Source: Chlorokybus atmophyticus
Lineage: Eukaryota; Plantae; Mesostigma and Chlorokybus algae
DNA length: 64,000 nt
Assembly (NCBI GenBank): GCA_009103225.1
Contig: RHPI01000026.1
Span: 753,103-817,102, forward strand
Direction: 5' to 3'
A program made the translations under genes and the position numbers. A model generated the notes under the pieces. The model saw only the letters and a list, made by a program, of their open reading frames with translations, was not told where the DNA came from and ran no database searches. This document shows, piece after piece, positions 1-14,066 of the stretch. Each line of letters begins with the position of its first letter. Position 1 is the first letter of the stretch.

Positions 1-52
1 CCTCTGCTTGTTGGTCACTTAGTGTTGAACGTGTGTGGCATTGCGACTCCAG

Positions 53-121
53 GTGCCTCTGCGAGGAGGACTTGTGCGAATGGCTGATGAGTTCAGGGAG
101 CGGCTCGACTTGACAAAGTGA
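53..121 (+). CDS. UXS: Last exon of UDP-glucuronate decarboxylase (UDP-xylose synthase); rest of gene is upstream of the window
   Basis: AG acceptor at 51-52, then VPLRGGLVRMADEFRERLDLTK*. The same exon ends the recognisable UXS exon series at 38.3-40.2 kb and 34.6-36.3 kb. Confidence 0.75.
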   Translation: MPLRGGLVRMADEFRERLDLTK

Positions 122-1252
122 GCGCGCTTGCGCAAGGTTGTAGCACACGAACATGTACCCCGTGAACACGTGCACATCACACATTGGCAACAAGTGTGAT
201 TAACAAAGTTGGCGAGCGTGTGCATCTTATGAACAGGGCTTGAACACGTCAACCATGATTGTCCTGCCCTTCAGCGTGTGTGTTTTACCTTTAATGTATC
301 TTGTCTTGTCTTGTTAAGTTATGTAACTTGTCTTGCACCTGCTATTACCTTTTATAACACAATGCGGTGGCTGGAATTTGATGGAAGATGTTGTGCAGGT
401 AGCTGGGCATCGCGTTTTGCTGATTGGAAAAGAGCAGCGATCGGTACTCACCGCATAGCGATGACGTGAATTCCAATGTGGACTGGAAGCTTGCATCATC
501 GCAGTACATCTGTGCATTCGTTGGGTTGAGTTGGATGAACTTGTAGCACTGTTTGCCGTTTCACGTGCTCATTCGTGCTGATGTTAATAACAGTATCGTA
601 TACTGTTTACTTATGACCAGTTGATCAACTGGTCATAAGTAAATTTACTTAACAGTAAATTTACACTACAAACTTCCCCCCTATTGTAGATATCTATGAT
701 ATCATTGGTGTGTGGATAAAGTAATGATTTGCGTCTATAACCACATCCAAGGGAGAGGGCATGTATACAATATCCACAAATATGTTGATAATGTTGATGT
801 GGTTATGGGCGTGTGACCGAACACAGCTCGATGTTGGACCTCATGACCCATGCAAATGTAAACATCATAGATAAATCTGGGTTGCTAGATTTACATTGAT
901 TTTATCAATAAGATTAAAGGCATTTAATTAATTCCTCTCACACCACGAGACAGGCAGCCCGCGTTCACATCTACTTTATAGACCACAATATAATCTGCCC
1001 ATATTAACATTGATATTGTCTGCAATGTTATGGAACTGACATCTTACGATCTCATCACGATGACTATCAGCAGCAGTCAACCGTATCTACTTTATAGACA
1101 TCAGTATAGCCGTCCTTCATTGTATTGACATCATCCATCTATGCATTGAGTTGGCACTTGACAACCCCTTTGTCATAACAGCACCAGCCAATACTATCAT
1201 CTATAATGTAGTTAAACATATAGCATCTGCTGCGCTGCTTGGCCTATATCCT

Positions 1253-4200
1253 CTACTCCTCTTCCTCACTTTGAACCTCGTCGGCGGCGTCACTTGCGTT
1301 CCGCCCCTTCGAACACAAACCACGCCCTTCTTCTAGCATCGACGCCCGCAGCTCCCTACAATAGCTCACATCTGCTTCTTGCGTGAAGCCGTCGGATACA
1401 GGTGCACGGAGCGATGCCGTCATTGCTGCACTTCTTGCGTTTTCCTTCTCGAGGACAATAAGACGGCTGCGGTGAGCTGGATCTGGTACAAAGAACACCT
1501 GGCCCATTATACGGCCGGGCTCATTAAAGGGCTCATGCTTGGTGAACGTGTTTTTGTCCACCCAAAAGCAGCCAGTTGCTATTGTTGCAGGCCTTTGCTC
1601 CTTGTTGAATTGCTTCTTATACCACTTCACTTTGCAAATGTGCACCTGCACGCAAGAACTTGATTACATATTGCCATACTTTTTGATCGCACGGACAGCA
1701 TACATTCAGTAATGTTTGGAAACACAACACACATTGAACGCACCGACGTCGTCAAAGAGCGGATCTCCAGTATTTTATCCAAGATTCCCCAGTAGGGGAG
1801 CGTTGCCGTAATTGTTGTCTTGTCGCCTTTCCAACTCCTAAAGTCTGATGTAAACGCAGGCTCAACGCCAGCATCACTCGTGACCTTGCCCTTGTCCGAC
1901 TCCGCGAGTCGGTAATGCCGCCCCTCGATTTTCATGTGTTTGTAGCATCTAGCTTGAGGTGAGCAGCCCAGGAACAGCTCTCGTAGTCGAAAGCCAGCGT
2001 TGTTGATTACGTTTGAACAACGCTCCAAAAAATCCGCACGCGTCACGGTGTTCAAGTCCTCGCTTCCACACGCACCTTTTGCGCTTGAGCCGGTTGCGAG
2101 ATAGTTCGTACTGCCTGCAACAGGCATATGCATTATGAGTTGCGGCAAAGACTCCAGTTGGTGGTCATGTCATGATGTTTTGAAGTCATTGAAATACGAG
2201 CTGTGTACTGATATTAATATTGCACGGTAACATATTAGTAATGTGTCTACAAAACTCTATGAAGTCGAGATGTTTACTGATAATTAGCAAACAATATTGA
2301 TAATGTACATGTCAAGGTTTGCAAGCTCGGTAATGTTGTTGTGTAAATACAAATCAATGTCGCGCCGCTCATGTTGATTCAAAACGCATGGGCTGCCTGG
2401 TCCCATAGAGATTACACTGGTCGTGATTCAACGGACACCACGGACACACCAGCTTCCGGTGTAATCGCCTTCATCACCTTGGAGAAGTTGAAGACGATCT
2501 CGTCGCTCCGAATATCTGACGCAACGCTCGCCTTTGGGCCCTTTCAACTGACCGACTTGATGCGAATGTGCTGCATATGGCGCTCTGCCCCAAACGCCTG
2601 GTGTAGGATCAGATGAGTCGAGACGGTGAAGAAAGATTGCGGGNNNNNNNNNNNNNNNNNNNNNNNNNNNNNNNNNNNNNNNNNNNNNNNNNNNNNNNNN
2701 NNNNNNNNNNNNNNNNNNNNNNNNNNNNNNNNNNNNNNNNNNNNNNNNNNNNNNNNNNNNNNNNNNNNNNNNNNNNNNNNNNNNNNNNNNNNNNNNNNNN
2801 NNNNNNNNNNNNNNNNNNNNNNNNNNNNNNNNNNNNNNNNNNNNNNNNNNNNNNNNNNNNNNNNNNNNNNNNNNNNNNNNNNNNNNTCGCGCTCCAGCAG
2901 ACACAAGCACTCCAGCGTGTCGATTTTTATGTCACTCATCTCTGGGCAGCCAAGCGGCGGACAAGTGGCTTCAAGCATGGGAAAATCGAGCCAGTGTTAG
3001 CCTCTGGGCTGATCAAAGTCTATCCGAAACAACTGCGGGCAGCAATATGCTACCTGTGAAACAACCGTTTAAGTTACATGACAACTTGCCATATGTGCAT
3101 TGTGTACACATGTACACGCATATGCTACAATGGTGGTTATAGAAATTCAAAGAGACTACCTATATTGTGCAAGTCATGGGAATTCGGGTGGTATCCACCT
3201 TCACCGGCAATAACTTCGGTGACCTTTGAGCCTCCAAACCCTGCAGCTGTGGGAACTTCACATTCTTCCAAGTTGCTTGAACGTCGCGTAGCTCTTGACG
3301 CGTGAAGGTGAAAGGGGCCGGGGGCTTCACTACCACCTCGTTACCTTTGGTATCAATATTCTTCACAAGCCACAAGTCAACGCGCTTGTCTATCTCCATC
3401 AGCTCATACCTTCCTCGAAGGTAATCACCTGCGACAACCCACAGGTTGATCAATAATGATGAATACCAACACTATGTTCTAATTGTGTTTGCATACCAGC
3501 TTTGCCGGTTAGGAGGTGTAAAAGCCGGCGTACGGTGTTGGCAATGCAATGCATATGGTCGATGATGTGTCCGGGGACTTCATGCCAGTACGGTAATTGC
3601 TCAAAGGGAGAGAGGCCTTTGATGCCTTTGTTCTTCCACTCCTCTACTTTTCTAGGGTCGCCTTGTCCTTGCTCACATCTCTCCACGCATGTTCCGAGCA
3701 ATAGACAACATCATCAGTGCTTCCACGGACGCTCGAATGCAACACGCATTTATGCCAGGCTTGCACACATATGTGGTGAAAGACAATTGATCAGTAGATT
3801 TGACAACTCACCTCCAAAGAAACATCTTCTTTGCTCAAAGTTGCATGTGGCGGCCGTTCTTCTGGTGGGCCAAAGCTCTCATCATGTCGATATGGATGAT
3901 CAAGTGGCAAGAATCGACGGTGCCCAACCATCACCGTCTTCGACAACTATGAGCTGTGCTCGGCCTTGAAAGCATCACCGCAAACCACACAGCAAACTTT
4001 TCCTTGCACCTGACGTTTCGCGCATTTTCCAAAGCCGGGGCAGTCGTGCAGGCAGCAAAGTAGGATGGCTTTCAGAAGAAACTTGAAAGGTTGGTTCGGT
4101 GTGCGTTCAATGCTGTCTACAATTGGTGCACCCCTCCACAACTGCTTGAGTTCGCTAACCAAAGGCTGAATGTAGGTGCTGATATGCTTGGGCTCGTTGG

Positions 4201-5454
4201 GTCCTGCAAAACAAGCTCAGCAGACAAAAACGAGTATAAAAACGCTGCTCATATGCGCAATATCAACATAACAAGCTAATATATCCACATGTACATTTAA
4301 TAAGTGTATGATGTCCGCTACATTGCACATCAACAGACTAGATTAGTGCACCTGGTATGATGCCAACGGTTCACAAGAAGTTCTTGTTGAACACCAACGA
4401 AGGCGGGAGGTTTACGCAGAAGACGGTGAGTGGCCACATGCTGTAGTTGCTTTGCGCGGAGGAGCCTTTCTTGAAGGGGTTGACGCCATCGGTTGTGAAC
4501 CCCAACCGCAAGTGGCGTGTATCACGAAAGTCGGTGTAGAGCTGTTCCACATGCGACCAGCATTGTGAGTCGTACATTGCGCGCATCCACTCGTCTTGTG
4601 AGCGATGCTCCGCGTGATAGGTCACGTGTGAGGCAAAAGCCTCCAATCTAATTGCTCGCTGCAGACGTGGAATCAGTGGAAAGTAGCGGAACACTTTCCG
4701 AGGCCTCCTTTTTTTCTTCTTGCGAGTTTGACCCTGGTCAAAACTCTCCTTGTATCTAAGTCACAACAAGAATGATGACAGATCAGCGGTGCAATTATGC
4801 GAATGTCTTTGAGCCTTGACCATAGATGTATTACAAAGGATTTTATTACCTGTCAGCCTGACAGTGTGGGCAAGTGTCAAGATCGTTGTTTGCTTCGTCA
4901 AACAAGCAGCAGTCATTTGGGCAGGCGTGGATGATCCTAAGAGGCAGCTCCAGATATTGTAATCTTACCAGCAGCTTTGCTTTGCTTGTGGGTATGTCGT
5001 AGTCCGGGAGTTTCTTTTGAGTCAAACTCAGTAAGCTAGACAATGACTTGGTGCTTCAATTGCTCCGGCACCCAAGCTCTAGCAATAGAGTCAATGCCAT
5101 CTCCACACTGAGCTCTGGATTTGTGCTCAGTGGCTCCATGGCATAGGTAGAAACATCCTCTAAGAGCTCATCAAGCTGGTTATCGACCAGCTATAAACAA
5201 TCAGCGTCTTCCTCCTCCCGTGACAACTGCAGCTGGGCCGTGCATGGCACCGGAGAAGCCTCTTCATCTCCCATGTCAAGTTGGACATGACCGACATCTT
5301 CATGTGCTGACTGTTGGGCCGCGCATGGCTCCTGAGGAGCGTCTTGACCACCTGTATCCAGCTGCAAATGACCAACACTTTTGTGTGACAAGTTGGGTCT
5401 CTGAAAAATGCTGGCTCTGAGAGAACAACTAGGTTTTGCTGTACACATGGTCAC
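1253..5454 (-). pseudogene. CACTA transposase (TnpD-like; Transposase_21, DUF4218-like and DUF4216-like regions), multi-exon
   Basis: Motifs IHACPNDCCLF, RYFPLIPRLQR, LRLGFTTDGVNPF...SMWP, IDHMHCIAN, YWGILDKILEI, KVKWY and QVFFVPDP. In-frame TGA at 5056-5058 where family members usually have N-W-S. N gap at 2644-2886. Confidence 0.88.
2644..2886. other. Assembly gap (N run)
   Basis: Run of N. Confidence 1.
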
Positions 5455-5799
5455 ATGCGCACACGCTTACGCTCCTGCACTTCACTCATTCATGCGCTCA
5501 CGCTCACACGCACGAACACTTGTATGCTTGTGCACAGACCATCAGTCATTCAGCACGCATGCAGCAGCCACACAAGCACACGCGCATACAGTTAGGCTGT
5601 CAACTTGACGACTGATGGTTGCAGCGAGCCAGAAGCCAGTCATCATGAGCAACAAGGTCGATTCTCCCACCGATAAGCATATTGGCAAGCTGGTGAAAGC
5701 GTTTGAGAAGCATTAAAAGCAGCGGCAGAGGCACTCTGCAAGCAACAGTTCACTTGCTTGTAGTGTGTGAGCATGCTGTGAAGCATGCTGGTTTGTTGG

Positions 5800-8260
5800 T
5801 CTCGTTGTTGTTTGTGGATGTTGCAGGTAAGGAAGTCAAGGAGGACGACAACGCCAAAGCCTCCGATGAAAGGGATGAAAGGGAAAAGAGCTGGCGCAGG
5901 AGCACACGGTAGGTTGCATTGTGTTTGCACATGTCTAACCAACATAGCTACCAATAGTTGCTGTCTGACAGTTGAGGAAGAGGCTGAGGGCCGAGTTAGG
6001 GACCATCACCCCGTACACATTCAAAGATGATGTGGACTACGGCAAGGGAGTCCGGGTAAGCATGGGCATTTGGCATTGGGCAATCGCAAAGCTACTATGC
6101 ATGTTTACTTCCTTCTGGTGTGCAGAAGGAAGTCAAGCGCTTTGTAGATTGTATGTACATCCAGCTCGGCACCAGGTGGACGCACATCCCTCCAGGCAGA
6201 AGGGACATGTTGGAGAACTAAGTACATCACACATTAAACATTAGGCTTGTATCTAAGTGCTCATGCATACATGCTTCTATGTATGACAGGGCCTTGCAGC
6301 TTTATTTCCCCAAGTGGAGTGCGGCGAAGCTTTGAGAAGAGGCTTCATGCAAGTTATCGCAGCTGAAGTATACCGCCAAGCGGGTAAGTTTAGATCCAAC
6401 ATCTACATGTTGTTTCAGTATAAGCATATGTCAAGTCTTTCCATGTGTGCACATAGTGCAAAGACAAAGGCAGAAAATGCAGCGGAGGGAAAGATCGACA
6501 AACGCAAGTTGAAGAGAAAGAAGGTTGTTAGCGTGGGTGTGCGCATGCGTCCGTGCGCGCGCGCGCGCATGCGTGCGCGTGCATGCATGCGTGCGTGTAG
6601 TCAGCAGTTACTAATTTGAGTGTATGTGCAGCCCGCAGCACCATCCAAAGAAAGCGAGACTCAAGGAAGGGCATACAAAAACAAGGTCAGAATGTTAGCT
6701 ACAATGTCCATGCAGATATTGAAATTGCTGCTGTTGCTGTCTATTTTATCCATTTTTGTCTAGTTTAAGTAGCTCAAGGTATGGCTGCCTGACCCGTCCC
6801 AATGTGTTGCTCACTAACCTAACCAATGCTTTTGGTCGTAGGTCACAGCCAAAGACTTTGTGGACGATGAGGCCAGACAAGGCCTTAACAACACTAACGA
6901 CAATGAGGAGGACGAGGAGGAAGACGACGATGGCGGTGGCGATGAGGAGGCCTCCAAGGAAAAGGCCACCGCTGAACAGGTGCATGCATTGATGATGTAA
7001 GGTTTTGTATATACATCAAACAATGCAATTGCATTTTCATTTATGCTGAGTAGATTCCCAAAGGGAAGGCAGCACGCGAGAAGGCTGCACGCGAGAAGGC
7101 TGCATGCGCGAAGGCAGCACGCGAGAAGACAGCATGCGAGAAGGCAGCCAAAGAGAAGGCAGCCGAAGAGAAGGCAGCCAAGGAGAAGGCAGCCAAGGAG
7201 AAGGCGGCCGCGAGCAAGTCAGACAAGGACAAGGTAGTGGGTCAACACCTGTAGTGCTTTTACCCACCTACATCTTGCAAACATCATGTGTAACAGTCCA
7301 AGGTATTGCTGCCTAAGTCGTGGCAATCTGTTATTTATTAAATTGGTCAACGGTTCGGGTCACAGAGCGCTGATGAGGAGGACGACGCTGATGATGGCGA
7401 TGAGGACGACGAGGAGGCCACCGACAAAGACGAGGTCATTGTCCATGTGCAGTCATTGCATAGCTATGTCTTGTGCACTATAAAAGTACATTGATAACCA
7501 TGCCATTGGCAATGCAGGCGACAAAAGAGAAAGCGGGCAAGGACAAGGCCGCCAACGAGAGGCGGCCAAGGAGCAAGCGGCCAAGGCGCGGGCTGGCAAG
7601 GCTGCGAACACAAAGGCAGCCAAGGAGCAGGCGGCCAAGGAGCGGGCGGCCAAGGACGCGTGCACAACAGCGGCCAAGAACAAGGTAAGTAACGCTGCTG
7701 CTAACGACAAGATGTGCTGCTGGTTAACAGTGGTCAACCCTTAGGTGGTGTCTCCTACGCGCATGTCGGCACGTCAAGCACACAAGAAGGTAAGAGCACA
7801 TCTGTCAACACATCTGTCTTGCATGACCACAACTCAACATTTATGAATGTGCACAGGCGTCTCAGCAACTTGTGGCTCGCAACGAAGAGAGCCCCTCACC
7901 GGAGGACGAAGTCCAAGGCTTCTTCCAGTTCAAAGACGAAGATGCAGTCCTGCTGTGGAGCTCCAAGAGCAAGGTGCTTGTAGCCGAAGGCACTGTGGAG
8001 GTGAAGTCGCTATCTGAGGAGGAAGAGTGCAGAGTGCATAACACTGTCCTAAAAGCTGGTAAGTCTTCAAGATTGTTGTTGTTTTAGGTAGTTTGTTGTT
8101 TCAATTTGGATAACCATTTGCAAGTGAGGTCCCTGTCTGGGTATGCAAGGTACTTGTGCCCGACACCCGCATTCTTGTCAACACCAATGATAAGGAATTC
8201 CTCCGTCAGCTTGATTCCGGATGAGGCACATCACATTGCGTGGCACGCACGCGCCATGTG
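5800..8260 (+). CDS. Second CACTA gene (TnpA/ORF2-like), multi-exon, with acidic exons and EKAAK-type pentapeptide repeats; probably frameshifted near the 3' end
   Basis: GT-AG bounded plus-strand exons inside the TIRs: [43 protein letters not shown], 15-nt repeats at 7062-7210 and 7530-7680, and VLVAEGTV...VHNTVL...[10 protein letters not shown]...IAW, which resembles the C-terminal region of plant CACTA ORF2 proteins. Confidence 0.55.
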
Positions 8261-8499
8261 TAAGTACAAGTTTGCTTTCACTTGCTGTACTCTAAGTTGT
8301 ATTATGCTGTAGAGCACCTCAACATAAACTCGCATGCTTTGACAGCACCGACAGGCTATGCCCGTCATGTGCGGTGCGCGGGCTCGGGTTGCGCGTTTGT
8401 CGGCTGCATCGGTGGCTTCTACAAGAGCGAGACTTAGACGTGGTAGAACCTCTCATGCGTAATTGCAGCGGGTTCAACTGCACTCTGCTTTGCTGCATT

Positions 8500-8770
8500 A
8501 TCCATGTCCTTGTTGGTAATGCAGTGCGCATTTGCTACAATATCCATAACTTTGCTAATATTGTAGTGTACGTTTGCTACATTGTCAATGTTCTTGTTGA
8601 TAATGCAATGTAGTTTTGCTACAATGTCGATGTTCTTGTTGATAATGCACTGTACGAACATTACATGGTCGATACCTTTGTTGATAATATAGGGCTTGTT
8701 CACTATATTGCCCAGCTGATTGCTCGCAAACATGTCCATGCGTATGTTGATAATGACATGAGATGCATCT
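8500..8770. repeat. Subterminal tandem array of the CACTA element
   Basis: Repeated ~40-60 bp units of the form (T/C)TTGTTGATAATGCA...TTTGCTACAAT. Confidence 0.7.
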
Positions 8771-10565
8771 ATAATACCCATCCGCATGCAGCCTCAACAA
8801 TGACCCAAGAACCCTACAATATCGACATTATAGATGTATAAAGCATTATAATAGACACCTACAGCTGTATTGTCGGCGACACTTTCGGACATTTGCCATA
8901 ATTTTATCGGGGTTCACATGGACAATAATCTTGATATTGTAGACGCTAATGTTGGTTTTGTAGCAGTGTTGATGGATTAGTTTTCACGGGTAAACTTCTG
9001 TGGCGGGTCCGCAAAGTAGATATGAACCTTGATATTAACGATATGCATATGGATATTGTAGATATCTACAATCCCAGGGGCAGTTTGTAGTGTGAGGTGA
9101 CGATAGCTGTGTGGCAGGCTATGCACAAGCGGGCCTGTGCGTGCGTGCATGCGTGCACGAGTGTGTGCGTGCGTGCGTGCAGATAAGGCTGTGCATGCTA
9201 CGGCCTTCTTGCTTTCGTCTCCTACCTTAGTAACTTCATCGATGGCTCGATTGTGTCTCTAACATTGACATTGAAGTGCACATGGATGCATTTGTAAATA
9301 TCCGCGGCTCGCTTGCTTGGAGTAGAACATAAAGTACACGCACGATACACCGCACTGATTCAGCAATTTTCCTACATCTAACACAGCACACCACACCAAA
9401 CAGTCAGACCACTCTCAGGCAGAAAACATCGTTTGCAAGCACTGCGTAGAGCATATTGTGAGAGGGTGTGGGGCGGAGATCGAGGAGGGAGAGAAGCGAC
9501 AAAGAGTTCTGTGTTTGCGTATGTAGGATTGTGGGAGATGAAAGACTGACAAGCTCGTCGTGCGTACATGTATTGACCTGTTTGACTGGCATGCATGCAT
9601 GCATGCATGCATGCATGACAAACGGGGGGTGGTGGGGTAATGGTAGTGCTAGTACTAGCTATTCCATAGTGAGCTAGGCAGAAATGTTCATCCATAGCCC
9701 GGTGGTTGACTACTTATACGATACTATAGATAATGCAAAAACTAGCTGAGGTACATGCCAAGCCAACTTCGCAAGCAACAACAAGTCCAATGCTTGACAT
9801 ATTTGTATGTATGTGTGCTGCCAGCATGGTGTGAGTGTCGAGGCGGATGCCGCATATGTTGAGCTTTTGGTGATGGTGTTGGGTGCGTGTGCGTGTGGTG
9901 GCGCTTGTGCTTTGTGTTGATACGCATGCTAGATGTTGCCAATTGAACACTTGCACGTTCATCATAACAATGAGAGAAAGGTGCTGCAAGCATGATGATG
10001 ACATGGTGGAGATCTTCGCGCCATGTGAGTGCGGCCTAACGCATATGCGTGATCACACTTGCATCTTTGGTGCACACAGCGCCAGCAGCTTGAATCTTCA
10101 CCGGCAACACAAGCAATGAAAGGATGCGCTAAATGCAAAGGTTGCCAGCTAGGCCTGACAGTTATAGCCACGCTTTGCATAACATTCAATGCATGCACAC
10201 ACCGCAGAGTGCAATGCATTCTTGATTATGCAGACAGCCCAGTTCATAGGTTGCCAACTCCTTGCATGCTGGGCACATTAACAGCAATTGTATGGCCCAC
10301 TTTGCATTGTCACCACTAGGTAGAAACCAGACCCAGACATGTGCAGTCGCTACACTGTCTGCAACATACACACATATTGGGCAATGCTGACACACAAGCT
10401 GGACATACGCACCGGTGCACACAACAGCACATTATTTGACATGTACGCCTGCACGAAAGACAATAGCCCACACGCGGACAGTATACATATACTGCTAGCT
10501 ATACCACAAGAGCTAACTCAACGAAAGCGAATTGCGCTCAACCTGCAACTGCAAGCTGGTCGCAG

Positions 10566-12823
10566 CTACGCGTCACTCAGATTAAGCGATGCCACATCTG
10601 CAGCCACAACATCGGTCCGATACGTGTCTTGCAAGCCGAGCGGGAAGAACAAGTCGCGCAGCTTGCGTGCAACGCGTCGCAGCTGGTCGCTGTCTATCCT
10701 GCTCAAGACCTTGTCCTCAAATAAGAGTGTCATAGCCGTCCATTTGCTGTCAATGGCCGAGGGGAAGCCGAAGGGCGCCTTGCGCCAATGCAATCCACCT
10801 TGCGTCGCCCAATACAGAAATACATACAAGGCCGATTCGAGCTCGGAAGAAACTGTTTGCGGCCTTTTTTGCAACGTCGTGATGGCCATGAACAAAGGCG
10901 TCCCCGTTGCAAACCCGTCGGTCGCTGCCTGCAAACATATGCACATATCTTCATGCAATGTACAACAAAGCAAATTGACAACATGCAAGTATATCACATG
11001 GGCTTGTATGACGGTACCTGACTCAAAAGACGAGCTTCACCGAAGTCGATGAGCATGATGCTCCCATCAGCTCTGCCAACCACGTTGAATGCAGAGATAT
11101 CTCCGTGAAGATAGCCTCTGTCTGCAATTGCACCGATAGCAGCACATAGCTGCTCGAATGCTCTCACAATCATCAATGGCTCTTGTGGTGAAAAAAGGTC
11201 GCCAACGGGCTGCATGACCAAATAATGCTTTTCATCGTCATTGTCGACTGCCATGCCCACGAGGTTGACAACGCTGTCGACCTCGGTCAATGCTACCAAA
11301 GCTTGTCTCTGTCAAGCAGCCACATGTTGACATACAGCACATTCAACAACACTGTCCGTGCGCTACCACACCTTGATGCCCGTTTGCTGTCATTGTATGC
11401 ATGTAAGCAATTGCACACCTCACGTTCCTGTTGCTCCGCGTTGTGGCTGTGCTTGGCAATGGCCCAGCCATGGTCAGGTTGTAGCTCGCCGCGATAGACG
11501 TAGGAGATGAGCGGTGATAGCATGCCTTCATCCTTGCTGCTTGACTCCTTCATGAGAAACAGCTTCTCCAGAGATTTGCCATTATAATGCCCACTGTATA
11601 GTCGTAAAGGAGATGGTAGATATGGCCGCCTGTAACCCAAAGTCTCTGGTGCTGTACACCATAACCGAACCAGGGTCTGCAGAGCTGGAGACCTCCGGTC
11701 CAAAGTAAACGCCTGTTGTGGGGTACAGCGAATAGTCCCGAGCCTGTCCAAGCTCCACAGTTGCAAGCAATCGATACCACCCGTGATTGCCACCCACTCA
11801 TTGCGGGCAGGCTGCTCCCTCTTTAGATCCTCCAAGAGCACCTTTATCTGATACAAGGCTTCACGTTGCAACGTCGTTTCCCGAAGGGCTTTCTTGACCT
11901 CAACATACCACACAATGTGTGGAGCTGTTGCATAGGCAGAGTCCGTAATTGTAAGATCTGGTTTTCGGTGTAGTCCGGGAACGCCGGTTGCATGTGTATC
12001 CTGCACATGCAACCGGCGTTCCTGCCCTCCTCCGGGCCTCACGGACTGCAACTTGGACAGGATTGTGTAATAAAGCTTTTGCACAGGCTCTTCGAGTTGT
12101 TGCTGGCTGGCCTCAAGAAAACGCGCTTGAACGTCTTGTGCTTGAAGGAGAGATGTCAACACGTCTTCTTCAACGTAGGCCAACTTTGCAAGCAACTCTT
12201 CAGTGTAAATAGCAGACTCCATGAGCTTTTTGCCGGCTTCTACTGGCTGCGTGACTGTCGTAGCAAGCCTGTCATAGCGCGCCAATCGTTCTTCAAGCCG
12301 CTCCAGGTCCTCTAGTGTGACAGGTCTGGCAGATGGCGCACCTGCACGAATGCACCCGCCGGAGTCAGCACAAAGTACAAGACAGTCAAACGTGCACACT
12401 CGTGCGAACAAGCCATTGAGACATCGAGGGAGGTGGGGAGCAAATAGGGTGCTGTGCGATGCAGCTCCTGGAGCATACTTGTTTGCAAGACACCCATGGC
12501 CAAGGCAGACACAGTATGTCTTGTAAAGCACACATGGCCAAGGCCAGGGCGAGTAGTAAGACCTCACCTGGGCCAGCAAGAGGGGCTTGCTGCTGTGGCA
12601 CAACAGCGATTTCATACTCAGCGCCAGCATTGAATGTGATATCGGAAAGCATCTCCAACTGACCCGAGCAATGGCCGACGCGCACGAAGACTTCACCAAG
12701 CTTCACAAAAAACTGCGAGGCCTGGTAAGCTTCCAGCACGAAAGCAACTTTCACCCGTCCTTCCAGCAGCAAAAACGATGTTTGGCTGCCACCCGCCTTG
12801 GTAAAGTGCACAAGCGGATTCAT
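10566..12823 (-). CDS. CR (Crinkler/RHS-type) protein copy 1: header A, coiled-coil linker, PD-(D/E)xK REase, FunK1-like kinase; ~610 aa, intact
   Basis: Exons 12823-12568, 12341-11419, 11308-11018 and 10928-10566 have GT-AG ends and sum to a multiple of 3. REase motif KPDLTITD...YVEVKK and QPAR...LWSLDRLG. Kinase motifs AIAKHS, HGDISAFNV, LIDFG, TGTPLFMA, ELESALYV. Confidence 0.85.
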
Positions 12824-13623
12824 TGAAATGGGTTGCTTATCACCCCTCTGGCCCTGTTGCTGAGCACATAAGAGCAGAAACACAATACCACTTGAGTGAC
12901 AAGCTGTATCAAGATGGCTGAGCGCGGCGTTGAGCGGGAGACAGGATGGCTGGCAGACCACATGACAGTACCAAGCAACACAGAGAGAGACAGAGCGAGA
13001 GAGAGCTGATACCTGCCGCTATGGGATGATCCGCCGCAGTCGCAGCAGGCAGAGGGGAGCCTCCAGCAGCAGCGCTTGCAGCGGCCAGGCCGGGTGGTCA
13101 ATGCAGGAAAAAGGAGGGCGGCACTGTCCTGCGTCCCGCGCCCGGGCTGCCCGCTGGTCGTTCTCCCTATCTCCAGCGGCTGTGACCAACGCCGTCGTCG
13201 TTGCCTTGCCCCGCCGCAAGCCGTGCAAGCCTCTTCGGATCCTTCTTCTGCCCGTGGTCACCCAAAAACCTGTTGACAAGCATTGCCACTTAACACACAG
13301 TGACAGATTGCGCATTTGACAGGTTCATGTGTTTAGTGCCGTGCAAAGCCACTGCGCTTGTTTGGGCGTTATCAGCTTGTTTCATGACAAGCAGTGTGTC
13401 CTGTGAATGCAAATGCGCAGCAAGTGTGCATGTGCGGGCATAAACAGCTTCTAAGACATGGAGTACGTTCTGTTTGTTGCATTGCACAGCTACTGCGCAG
13501 TGCAGGCATGAACAGCTGTTTCTAGAAGCAAGCTGTCCTATACGAAAACATGACATCTCTCCCGCTCAAGGGAGTTGAGCAAAAGAGACATGACGAGAGG
13601 CTCGGAGGCACACGACATGTGAG

Positions 13624-14066
<443 letters not shown>

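Larger units (their letters stand above)
664..9092 (-). mobile_element. CACTA/EnSpm DNA transposon, ~8.4 kb, transposase disabled
   Basis: TIRs CACTACAAACT(T/G)CCCC at 664 and (reverse complement) ending 9092. The paralogous empty site near 40,690 reads GACCAGT-TGA-GGTGAC, giving a TGA target duplication. Subterminal repeats such as ATTGTAGATAT/ATATCTACAAT occur at both ends. Confidence 0.93.

Noticed and set aside
8434-8787. ORF with repeated CIINKNID peptide
   Set aside because: Translation of the CACTA subterminal repeat array.
11293-12699. 468-507 aa single-frame ORFs (also 30870-32393) as the real CR proteins
   Set aside because: They read through intron 1 and intron 2; the spliced four-exon models fit GT-AG sites in all three copies.
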